Part shown: piece by piece, positions 18,498 to 27,101 of the stretch | How positions within the stretch are numbered: position 1 is the first letter of the stretch | How the letters are laid out: the number at the start of each line of letters is the position of its first letter | Assembly (NCBI GenBank): GCA_002493865.1 | Contig: DLAC01000039.1 | Location: 1 to 50,057 of the forward strand | Origin: Bacillales bacterium UBA7057 | GTDB taxonomy: Bacteria; Bacillota_I; Bacilli_A; RF39; UBA660 | Reading direction: 5' to 3' | DNA length: 50,057 nucleotides | The notes under the pieces: generated by a model | Database searches by the model: none | What the model was told of the DNA's origin: nothing | The model's input: only the letters and a program-made list of their open reading frames with translations | Position numbers and translations under genes: made by a program

Positions 18498-19838
18498 ATG
18501 AATCAAGAAGAACAAAAACCTTATGGATTTTGTAGGAACTGTGGGCATCCTTTTACGGAAGATGATGTGTTTTGTGAAGGATGTGGAGGAGATTTATCTA
18601 AGATTAAAGAATCTATAAAAAAACGTGAGCAGAAGGAACAAGTAACAGAACAACCTGTAACTACCCATACAAAAAAGAAAAAGAAGAATCGCAATCTAAT
18701 GATTGGACTTGTCGTAATTTTATTAATTGCAGGACTTGCGGTTGGAGGATTTTTTCTAAAACAATATTTGGATGAAGAAAAACCAGTAGAAGAAGCATGG
18801 GGACAGACTTACTATGTTTATTTAAAAGAAATGAAAGAAGAAGACAAAGAGGAAGAGGCTGGAATTCCAAAGAATATGAAAGATGCCAAACTTACCTTTT
18901 ATGAAGTTTCTGATTTAGATGACCCTATCATGGTATTAGAGTACCAAGTAGAGGAGGAAGTTTATTCTAATATTTACTATATTGAGGAAGAAAAGGTAAA
19001 TGCATTAACTTATCAAAAACCAACCGAAGTAGAATTGTTATACAATATTGATTCTAAAGAATATGATTATTATACTCATACTAGTGAAGAGGATAAAGAT
19101 AGCTATCAATCGATCAGTCATCAGATTGAATCTATTTCTAAGAATCAAGATGATCAGGATGATTCCAATAAAGTTGAGGAAACCCCAGAATATGTATTTA
19201 CAAAAGAGGATGTTGAAACTGTGACTGATGAAGATGGAAAGGAACTTTCAGTTTCTAAGTTTGATACGACTTTTGTGAAAGTAGAGAATACCAAAGATCA
19301 TTCCATAAATTATAAAAATGATTTAACAGAAAAAGAGTTAAAAGATTTAATGAATGAAGGTGTGTCTTCTTATATACCTCAAAAAGAATTAATTTCTAAA
19401 GAGTTAGAAAAAGAAGTAGATAAAAAAGCACAGGAAATTAAAGAAAAACAAGAACAAATAGAAAAAGTTAAAAAAGAGATAGAATCAAAAGGATTTAAAG
19501 TCGGAGACCATTACTTAAAATATGGAAAATATCAAAGTGATCAAGAACCAGGAACTATTTCTGGTGGATATTATACTTTGAATCCAGATGGTACATTTGT
19601 TTATGAGAATACATGGGAAAATATGTTAGGAGAACGGACTACAACGAAGAGAACAGGTACTTATGAAGCTAAGTATTCAACGGGAGATATGATGGATCCA
19701 AAACAGTGTTGGATGATTATATTCCGTACAAAAGAGAGTAATGAAACCTATCCACAAGAAACAGACGTCTATGATGTATTAGAAGATAATAAATTTACAG
19801 CAAGGCAATACCCAAATACTTGGACACCTATAGAATAA
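18498..19838 (+). CDS. Zinc-ribbon domain membrane protein
   Basis: FCRNCG..DVFCEGCG, basic patch, single TM, acidic extracellular domain; AGAGGTG RBS before 18498. Confidence 0.8.
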   Translation: MNQEEQKPYGFCRNCGHPFTEDDVFCEGCGGDLSKIKESIKKREQKEQVTEQPVTTHTKKKKKNRNLMIGLVVILLIAGLAVGGFFLKQYLDEEKPVEEAWGQTYYVYLKEMKEEDKEEEAGIPKNMKDAKLTFYEVSDLDDPIMVLEYQVEEEVYSNIYYIEEEKVNALTYQKPTEVELLYNIDSKEYDYYTHTSEEDKDSYQSISHQIESISKNQDDQDDSNKVEETPEYVFTKEDVETVTDEDGKELSVSKFDTTFVKVENTKDHSINYKNDLTEKELKDLMNEGVSSYIPQKELISKELEKEVDKKAQEIKEKQEQIEKVKKEIESKGFKVGDHYLKYGKYQSDQEPGTISGGYYTLNPDGTFVYENTWENMLGERTTTKRTGTYEAKYSTGDMMDPKQCWMIIFRTKESNETYPQETDVYDVLEDNKFTARQYPNTWTPIE

Positions 19839-19872
19839 AAAAAGAGTGCTAGATTTGTTTTAGTACTCTTTT
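19838..19872. terminator. Bidirectional terminator
   Basis: AAAAGAGTGCTAGA...TTTAGTACTCTTTT. Confidence 0.65.
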
Positions 19873-20611
19873 AGTTTGAAAATAATTTAAAAAAAAGTTC
19901 TGGATAATCATTTAGAAATAAGATGTCATCAAAGATACTGTTTGCGAGTGCTGTTGATGTTTCTCCCCTAAAAAATTTGTAAGCAATCGTTAAATCATTT
20001 GCATCCCCTAAATAAAGGATGACTTCCTTATTTGATTTTAATTGTTGATTAAAAATTTCTGCATTTAATAATTCGGTTCCAAAAACATAAAAGTCTACAT
20101 CAATATAATTTAAATTTCCACCAAATAATACAATGCCTTTCTTCCAAGGAATATTCTCAGATTTTAATAGTTGCATTAATGAGGCATTGACACTCCCCAA
20201 ATATAGATTTAGATTTTCATATGGTTTTAGAGTTTCTAAGAGATGTTTTGTATAGTTTTGATTAATATTCTTGATTGTCTCTAAACTTTCTTCCGATGTA
20301 ATTGGGATTGTCGATGGTAACAGATTTAGGAAAATTTTGTTTTGACTTTGTTTTTGCTGATAAAATGTAAGGACATCTTTTAATGTAAGCAAGTCCAAAT
20401 AGGTAAGCTCTTTTAAGTTTTTATTAGTGATGGTTTGGATTGTTGCCTGATTATTAGAAATCGGGCTGAAGACTACAAAGTGGTTGTCTTTTGTGATTGC
20501 TATATTAAAACCTACTCCTTCTAAATATTTAATTTTTTGAGACGTTTTTTTAAGAAATTCTGCATTATTGTATAAATCTGTTTTATTTACAAGTATTTTC
20601 AAATTTATCAC
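19871..20611 (-). CDS. Hypothetical protein, possibly degenerate glycerophosphodiester phosphodiesterase fold
   Basis: EGVGFNIAITKDNHFVVF resembles the GDPD xExDVxxTKDxxxVxxHD segment without the acidic and His residues. Confidence 0.5.
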   Translation of the reverse strand: MINLKILVNKTDLYNNAEFLKKTSQKIKYLEGVGFNIAITKDNHFVVFSPISNNQATIQTITNKNLKELTYLDLLTLKDVLTFYQQKQSQNKIFLNLLPSTIPITSEESLETIKNINQNYTKHLLETLKPYENLNLYLGSVNASLMQLLKSENIPWKKGIVLFGGNLNYIDVDFYVFGTELLNAEIFNQQLKSNKEVILYLGDANDLTIAYKFFRGETSTALANSIFDDILFLNDYPELFFKLFSN

Positions 20612-20653
20612 CTATTATTATTTATGTTTTTGATTCTATTTGAGTACTATTTT

Positions 20654-21055
20654 TTATGCGAAAGGATTTTCTATTTCAGCAGTTTGTAAGTTGGTATTTG
20701 AGAAGTTTGTTGCGACTACATAGAGACCGATTAGTGCTACCGCTATAGATAGAATGGAACCTACAATCTGTAGTTCTAATGCAGAGGTGTCTTGATTTGT
20801 ATCTTTTGCGAGACTATAGGATTCATAATTTAAATAAAGAAAGAAAATAACTAAAAATAAAATAAATATCTTATTGGCAAGGGATATCGTTTGAGATTCT
20901 GATCCGGTAAGGAATTGTTCTTGATTCAGTGCACTTTTTCTTTGATTTAAAATAATAATGATTGAGATGATAATGGAAATAATATAAAGAATGCATCCAA
21001 TGAGTTGCCCATCAATTATTTTTAGTTGTCTATTTTGTAATTCCTCTTTATCCAT
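20654..21055 (-). CDS. Small three-TM membrane protein
   Basis: Three hydrophobic segments; GAGG RBS on minus strand. Confidence 0.7.
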   Translation of the reverse strand: MDKEELQNRQLKIIDGQLIGCILYIISIIISIIIILNQRKSALNQEQFLTGSESQTISLANKIFILFLVIFFLYLNYESYSLAKDTNQDTSALELQIVGSILSIAVALIGLYVVATNFSNTNLQTAEIENPFA

Positions 21056-21118
21056 TGAATCCTCTTCTTTTACCTTTATTATTTTTTTATTCTTCTTTAA
21101 TTTTTTTATGAAAATATG

Positions 21119-21211
21119 TTGACAAATTCCTTTGATATTAATATAATGTTAATAACAAGAGAAATTATTTATTATTTTTTAATCTATGTTATTAATTAAA
21201 TGATAATAAGA
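21119..21211 (+). promoter_or_regulatory. Sigma-A promoter with tandem 25-bp palindromic operators (second NAD operon)
   Basis: TTGACA-17 nt-TATAAT; TGATATTAATATAATGTTAATAACA (21133-21157) and TGTTATTAATTAAATGATAATAAGA (21187-21211). Confidence 0.75.
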
Positions 21212-21223
21212 AGAGGAGAAGTT

Positions 21224-22300
21224 ATGAAGAATAATTTAAAATTAGTAGTTATGGAAAATTGTTTGGAGTTTGGAAAGAAAGTGGACTTTCATTTACAAAA
21301 GAAATATCAAAAATCTATGATTCTTCCTATTTCTAATAGTAGATTTTCAAATGGAGAAGGAAAGATTACCATTGATGGAAGTATTCGAGATCAAGATTTA
21401 TATATTTTATCTGATGTTGGTAATTATGATATTTCTTATTCGATGCAAGGAAGAGAACATTTTATGTCCCCAGATGAACATTTTCAAGATATTAAAAGAG
21501 TCATTTCTGCTGCTTCCGGTTATGCCTCTAAAATTACAGTTGTAATGCCTCTTTTGTATCAATCACGTCAACATAAAAGAAAGGGAAGAGAATCTCTAGA
21601 TTGTGCGATTGCTCTTCAGGAGTTAGAACGTCTAGGAGTTGACCATATTGTAACGTTTGATTGTCATGATCCAAATGTGAGTAATGCCGTGCCACTGTTA
21701 CCATTCGAAAGTTTTTATCCAACTAATGCAATTTTATCTACTTTACTTGAAAAGGAAAATGAAAACTTAGAAAACTTATTTGTAGTAAGTCCTGATTTTG
21801 GTGCGATGGAAAGAGCGAAGTATTATGCTGAAATGTTAGGATGTAACGTTGGTGCTTTTTATAAAAGACGCGATTTAACAAAAGTAGTGAATGGAAAAAA
21901 TCCTATTTTAGAACATACTTATTTGGGAGACTCTGTTGAAGGAAAAGATGTTTTAGTAGTAGATGATATGATAGCGTCTGGTTCTTCCATGATTGAAGTT
22001 GGGGAAGAACTTAAAAAGCGTGGGGCCAGAAATGTGTATTTAGTCGCAAGCTTTGCCTTACTTACCGATGGAATCGAACCTTTTGTAGAGGCTTATCAGA
22101 GAGGAGTATTTGATAAACTTTATTCTACAAATTTAAGTTATGTGCCAGAAACTATTAAGAAAGAAGATTGGTATGAAGATGTTGATTGCTCAAAACAACT
22201 GAGTGAAATTATCGAAACACTTCACGAAAAAAGACCAATGACTCCCTTATTTGATGTACAAGAGGAAATTTTAAAAAAGACGTTAGGAGGTAGAAAATAA
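21224..22300 (+). CDS. prs: Ribose-phosphate pyrophosphokinase
   Basis: RFSNGEGK, LYQSRQH, DCH, VVSPDFGA, KRR, VVDDMIASGSS. Confidence 0.93.
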   Translation: MKNNLKLVVMENCLEFGKKVDFHLQKKYQKSMILPISNSRFSNGEGKITIDGSIRDQDLYILSDVGNYDISYSMQGREHFMSPDEHFQDIKRVISAASGYASKITVVMPLLYQSRQHKRKGRESLDCAIALQELERLGVDHIVTFDCHDPNVSNAVPLLPFESFYPTNAILSTLLEKENENLENLFVVSPDFGAMERAKYYAEMLGCNVGAFYKRRDLTKVVNGKNPILEHTYLGDSVEGKDVLVVDDMIASGSSMIEVGEELKKRGARNVYLVASFALLTDGIEPFVEAYQRGVFDKLYSTNLSYVPETIKKEDWYEDVDCSKQLSEIIETLHEKRPMTPLFDVQEEILKKTLGGRK

Positions 22301-22905
22301 TGAGAATTGGAATCTTTGGTGGAAGTTTTAATCCACCACATCAGATGCATTTAGAAATCGGACAGGAAATGATTTCTCATGGATATGTAGATCGAGTAAT
22401 CTATGTGCCTACTGGTAAAAAATATCCGAAATCTGAATTGCTAGAAGATGAAATTCGTTATCAGATGGTATCTTTGATGACGGAAGATGATTCACGTTTG
22501 GAAGTATCTGATTATGAGCTTCAAAACCATTTAATTTATACTTATCAGACACTCGATTATTTTAAAGAAAAATACCCAAATGATGAAATTTGTTTCATTT
22601 TAGGAAGTGATCTATATTCTAGTTTTTCCACTTGGAAGAATTATCCTTATATTTTAGAAAATTATCAGATTCTTGTCGTATTAAGGGATGATGATAGTAA
22701 GGAGGAACTAGAAGAACTTTACCGAGATGTTACAAAAAATGTTTTATTTACAGATGTGCATCCTTTTGTTTTATCATCTACTAAAGTAAGAGATGCGCTT
22801 CGAGAAGGAAACTTCACGTTTGTGAAGAAACATCTTTCTACGAAAGTATTTGATTTTATTGTAGAAAGAAATTTATATCAAGAAAAAAATAGAAAAGGAG
22901 ATTAA
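22300..22905 (+). CDS. nadD: Nicotinate-nucleotide adenylyltransferase
   Basis: IFGGSFNPPHQMH, YTYQTL, FILGSD, TWK, LSSTKVR. Confidence 0.93.
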   Translation: MRIGIFGGSFNPPHQMHLEIGQEMISHGYVDRVIYVPTGKKYPKSELLEDEIRYQMVSLMTEDDSRLEVSDYELQNHLIYTYQTLDYFKEKYPNDEICFILGSDLYSSFSTWKNYPYILENYQILVVLRDDDSKEELEELYRDVTKNVLFTDVHPFVLSSTKVRDALREGNFTFVKKHLSTKVFDFIVERNLYQEKNRKGD

Positions 22906-23954
22906 TGGTTATGGAAAAGGAAAACATATTTGGTAAAGGTGAAATGTATTCAATTCATGATTTAGGAGAAAAGATTTATGCGACTTCTGGTGCCTGTATG
23001 TCAGTATGGAGTGACTTTCTATCTTGGGCAAATCGATATAAAGAAAGGATGGTTATGAATCCGAAGGAAGCCGATAGTATTGTTGTTCTTGGTTGTCAAG
23101 TAACAGATCTTGCCATTTTAAATGATTTAGAGATTGCAGAAAGACTTCATATGGAAACGGGACAGGATATTTATATGGGGGGTTGTATTGCACAAAGATT
23201 CGATATTCCACTCCCTGATTATATCCATCGCTTAGATGTGGTTCGTGTTGTTGGACAAGAACTGAATGATCTTGACCTGGTTCATTATGAAAAGCCATTT
23301 TGGGTACCGGGTTTTGAAGATACTACGGAGGATTTGAAACAAGGAAATTTATTTCGAAATTATTATCCACTAAAGATTGGTGCGGGATGTCATGGAAAAT
23401 GTAAATATTGTACGATTCGTCATACTAGAGGGGATACATATTTTACGGTTCCAGAAGAACAAATCGATGAATTTTTAAATCATGAAAATGTCGTTTTGGT
23501 TTCTGATAGTCCATCAGTTTCTCAGATTCGATTATGGTGTGAAATTGCTCATACTTGTGGAAAAGAAATTTCTATTCGTAATGTAGAACCACAAAATTTA
23601 AATCAATGTCGTGAGGAATTATTGGCTTTAAGTGAGGAAGGACTTTTAAAAATTGTTCATTCTCCAGTACAGAGCTTTGATCCTGAAGTTTTAAAGATTA
23701 TGAACCGTAATGTAGAAGAAACAAAAAAGTGTGTAGAACTTCTCCAGGAACTTAGAAAACGTGGCGTTTTGATTGCGACAAATATTATTATTGATTATGT
23801 ATATGAGGGCAAGAGTTATCCAAATTATGAAAAGGAACGCTTGATGCGTGAATTTGATTATTATTCATGGAACCCATATTTCGATGGAAACTGGGATTTA
23901 GGAAAAGCAAAAGAGCGTTTTAAAAAATATATTGGGGAAAATCCCAATCGATAG
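22905..23954 (+). CDS. Radical SAM protein, methylthiotransferase (MiaB/RimO/MtaB)-like, lacking TRAM domain
   Basis: N-terminal UPF0004-like Cys triad (GACMS, ADSIVVLGCQV, MGGCIAQR), GCHGKCKYC, TRG, HSPVQS..VLKIMNR, TNIII. Confidence 0.8.
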   Translation: MVMEKENIFGKGEMYSIHDLGEKIYATSGACMSVWSDFLSWANRYKERMVMNPKEADSIVVLGCQVTDLAILNDLEIAERLHMETGQDIYMGGCIAQRFDIPLPDYIHRLDVVRVVGQELNDLDLVHYEKPFWVPGFEDTTEDLKQGNLFRNYYPLKIGAGCHGKCKYCTIRHTRGDTYFTVPEEQIDEFLNHENVVLVSDSPSVSQIRLWCEIAHTCGKEISIRNVEPQNLNQCREELLALSEEGLLKIVHSPVQSFDPEVLKIMNRNVEETKKCVELLQELRKRGVLIATNIIIDYVYEGKSYPNYEKERLMREFDYYSWNPYFDGNWDLGKAKERFKKYIGENPNR

Positions 23955-24006
23955 ATTTTAGTTTTACTTATTTTATGATACGATAATATTAGAAAAGAGG
24001 ATTTGT

Positions 24007-24486
24007 ATGTTAGAAGATATGAGAAAAATTGTAAGAATTTTGGAAAGTAGAAATCAAACAGTTGCGACGATGGAATCTTGTACAGGTGGGGGAGTTGCCA
24101 ATTTAATTACAAATGTAGGTGGTGCCAGTGATGTCTTTCACTTTGCGGCAGTCACCTATTCTAATGAATATAAAATAAAAATGGGTGTTCCTAAAGAAAT
24201 CATTGATCAATATACGGTTTATAGTCAGGAAACTGCAGATGCAATGAGTCGGGCAATCTCAGAGTTTTCAAATAGTAATTATGGAATTGGAATTACAGGA
24301 ATGTTAAACGTAATTGATCCAGAAAACCCAGTTGATGCTAAAAATAAAATTTATATTAGTATTTATGACCGTGACCAGAGGAAATTTTACCAGAAGCAGG
24401 TAGAGGTTCATGAATTTGTTCGTTACCGAAATAAAAATCAGGTGTTACGTGGAATATTAGATTTATTCCTTAAAGTTTTAAACTAG
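24007..24486 (+). CDS. pncC: NMN deamidase (CinA C-terminal domain)
   Basis: ATMESCTGGGVA, GASDVF, VTYSNEYK, YSQETADAM, GITG. Confidence 0.85.
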   Translation: MLEDMRKIVRILESRNQTVATMESCTGGGVANLITNVGGASDVFHFAAVTYSNEYKIKMGVPKEIIDQYTVYSQETADAMSRAISEFSNSNYGIGITGMLNVIDPENPVDAKNKIYISIYDRDQRKFYQKQVEVHEFVRYRNKNQVLRGILDLFLKVLN

Positions 24487-24545
24487 ATTGCTTGTTTTTC
24501 CCTTTTTAAACTGTTATAATCAAATTATCAAAAAGAGGTGTATCC

Positions 24546-25346
24546 ATGATCACAATCAAAGAAGGTGTTTCACAAAAAATAGAGGGCTTAAGAGATAACA
24601 ATTACTATGTTGTTGCAGACTTCGATAAAACTATCACAGATAAAAAGAGTAATACTACCTTTTCTTTATTTTCAAAAAGTGGACTTTATCCAAAGGAATA
24701 TTTAGAAGAGAGAAATCGCAATTATGAATACTATAGACCATTAGAATTAGACGCAAATATTAGTTCTGAAGAAAAAGAACAGATAGTAAAAGCGTGGCAG
24801 GAAGCAAGTTATCAATTGCTTTTAAAATATCAAGTAAAAGAGGCAGATATCAAGAAAGTCCTTTCTATGCCAGATATGCTAATATTAAGAGAAGGAGCTA
24901 TCGAATTTATTCGTTATCTAAATGAAAAAAATATACCACTAATCATTTGTTCTGCTGGTATTTCTAACTTTATAAAAGAATTACTAATACTAAATGAATG
25001 CTATTCCTCTAATATTTTTATTTATGGTAATATGTTAGAATTTAGGAATGGGCAAATCATAGATAGTAAGCAAGAAAAGATTCATAGTATGAATAAAAAT
25101 AATATTGCTTTATCCAGTGACTTTTATGAAAAAATTAAGGATAAAAGTTATAGTTTAGTAATTGGGGATCAATTGAGTGATTTAAATATGGTAAAGAAGT
25201 TACCTACTACAGAGTCTATATCTTTTGGTTTTCTAGAGTCAAATGTAGATGAGTTAAGACCTTATTTTCAAGATCAATTTGATGTTGTGTTAGAAGGGGG
25301 AGAATCCTTTCATACAATCAGTAAAATTATAAGATTACAAAGATAA
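24546..25346 (+). CDS. HAD-family pyrimidine 5'-nucleotidase (NT5C3/UMPH-1-like)
   Basis: VVADFDKTIT, YYRPLE...W cap, LREG, CSAG, IHSMNK, IGDQLSDLNM, GFL. Confidence 0.8.
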   Translation: MITIKEGVSQKIEGLRDNNYYVVADFDKTITDKKSNTTFSLFSKSGLYPKEYLEERNRNYEYYRPLELDANISSEEKEQIVKAWQEASYQLLLKYQVKEADIKKVLSMPDMLILREGAIEFIRYLNEKNIPLIICSAGISNFIKELLILNECYSSNIFIYGNMLEFRNGQIIDSKQEKIHSMNKNNIALSSDFYEKIKDKSYSLVIGDQLSDLNMVKKLPTTESISFGFLESNVDELRPYFQDQFDVVLEGGESFHTISKIIRLQR

Positions 25347-25361
25347 AAAAAGAGGTGTATT

Positions 25362-26195
25362 ATGGAAAAAAAAGAATATCAATCAGAGGAAGAATTTTTA
25401 AAGGATTATGATTCGAGTCAATTTGAAAAATTGTCTTTAACCGCTGATATGGCAATTTTTAGTGTTTCTAGTGAAGAGACAGGAAATTATCGGAAATTAT
25501 CTAAGAAAAACTTTAGTGTATTGTTGGTAAAAAGAGATACTTATCCATTTAAGGGAAAATGGACTCTTCCAGGAGGATTTGTTGGAATTGATGAAACAAT
25601 TGATGCTGCTGCTAAGAGAATCTTGGAACGGGAGACGAATCTACATAACATTTATATGGAACAACTTTATACGTTTGGGGATGTACATCGTGATCCTCGA
25701 ATGAGAATTGTCAGTGTTTCTTATATTGCCTTGGTAGATAAGAATAAATTAGAAGATTGTATTACAGAAAATGCTTCTTGGTTTGCCATGGACGTGTTGG
25801 AAGACGAAAAGGAAATTCAAGTATCTTTCGATAATGGAATTGAAAACTTTTCCATTGTCATAGAAAAAAAGCTAAAGAGTCCTACGAGTGATCGATATGA
25901 ATATATTATTAAAAAGAATGATGCCCTGGCATTTGATCATGCAAAGACGATTGTTTCTGGAATTTCTCGTTTAAAAAATAAGATTTCTTATACAGATATT
26001 GTGTTTAATATGATGGGAGAATACTTTACTTTAGGAGAGCTTCAACAAGTATATGAGGTCATTTTAGGAAAGGAATTGTTAGATCCAGCTTTCCGTAGAA
26101 TTATTGCTAATAAAGTGGAAAAAACGGATAAGGTACAAACGGGTGGAGGCCATAGACCTTCTGCATTATTCCGTTATAGGAGAAATCATGAGTAG
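25362..26195 (+). CDS. nrtR: NrtR-family transcriptional regulator (Nudix plus winged HTH)
   Basis: WTLPGGFV, EQLYTFGDVHRDPR, LAFDH, FTLGELQQVYEVILG, FRR, HRPSALF. Confidence 0.88.
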   Translation: MEKKEYQSEEEFLKDYDSSQFEKLSLTADMAIFSVSSEETGNYRKLSKKNFSVLLVKRDTYPFKGKWTLPGGFVGIDETIDAAAKRILERETNLHNIYMEQLYTFGDVHRDPRMRIVSVSYIALVDKNKLEDCITENASWFAMDVLEDEKEIQVSFDNGIENFSIVIEKKLKSPTSDRYEYIIKKNDALAFDHAKTIVSGISRLKNKISYTDIVFNMMGEYFTLGELQQVYEVILGKELLDPAFRRIIANKVEKTDKVQTGGGHRPSALFRYRRNHE

Positions 26196-26988
26196 TAAAA
26201 TTAAAAATTTTAAATTGTTTGTCAATGAAAACGAGAAAGCAAAAATGACAGCCCTTTCTGTACGAAAGGTTTTAGAAAATGCACATTTTGAGTATGTAGA
26301 TTCTGATTACGATTTAGCCATTGCGATTGGTGGAGATGGATCATTTTTAAGAATGGTGAGAGAAAATGACTTTAATGAAAATATTTATTATGTAGGAATT
26401 AATGCTGGAACTTTAGGTTTTCTTCAAGAAGTTAAATTAGAGGATATGGAGAAATTCATAGAATGTCTCAGAGAGGATGATTATAAGGTTGTCTCTTTGG
26501 GAATTCAAGAAACTACAATACAGTTAGAAGAAAAAAGTCATTATTTTAAGTCTTTAAATGAGATTGTTATCAGGAATCGCGAGTTAGATACTTGTCACTT
26601 TGACATTAAAATTGATGACAGACTATTAGAACACTATGCAGGGGATGGAATGTTAATTTCAACCTCAGCTGGTTCTACTGCTTATAATTTATCCTTTGGT
26701 GGAAGTATTGTATTTGATGATTTCCATACATTACAACTCACTCCGATTGCCCCTTTAAATTCGAAGGTTTATTCCTCTTTAAGAAATTCCTTAATTATCC
26801 CGGAAAATAAAACGGTCACAATTCTTCCTAGAAGCAAAAAGAATGAATTTTTAATTACAGTAGATGGATGTAATTATCCATTTACCAATATTCAAAAAGT
26901 GGATACAGTGGTCGATCAAAAGCGTATTCGTGTTCTTCGCTTTTCTAATCAATTTGTGGATAAAGTGCATGATAAATTCTTGAAGTAG
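26188..26988 (+). CDS. nadK: NAD kinase
   Basis: IGGDGS, GTLGF, LNE, GDG..STSAGSTAYNLSFGG; start at MSSKIK (26188). Confidence 0.93.
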   Translation: MSSKIKNFKLFVNENEKAKMTALSVRKVLENAHFEYVDSDYDLAIAIGGDGSFLRMVRENDFNENIYYVGINAGTLGFLQEVKLEDMEKFIECLREDDYKVVSLGIQETTIQLEEKSHYFKSLNEIVIRNRELDTCHFDIKIDDRLLEHYAGDGMLISTSAGSTAYNLSFGGSIVFDDFHTLQLTPIAPLNSKVYSSLRNSLIIPENKTVTILPRSKKNEFLITVDGCNYPFTNIQKVDTVVDQKRIRVLRFSNQFVDKVHDKFLK

Positions 26989-27101
26989 AAGATATCCACT
27001 ATTTTTGTGGAAAACTATGATTTTTTGTTTCTGTTTTTCATTTTTTAGATTGAAAATTAGATGCAAATGTGTTAAGATAAGAAACTATTGAAGGTGATAT
27101 T

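Noticed and set aside
12170-22300. KKLGG / KTLGG tails of PncA and Prs as members of the C-terminal motif
   Set aside because: LGG is encoded by TTAGGAGG, the Shine-Dalgarno of the overlapping downstream gene.
26104-26187. Long N-terminal extensions in the ORF track (nadK; likewise nrnA, the second fem gene, and the ORFs at 18447 and 34766)
   Set aside because: They overlap upstream genes or promoters; downstream ATGs have RBSs and match family starts.
11559-26988. NAD cluster as a phage NARP anti-defence module or prophage
   Set aside because: No phage genes; it uses the bacterial PncA/PncB/NadD/NadE route within chromosomal synteny.
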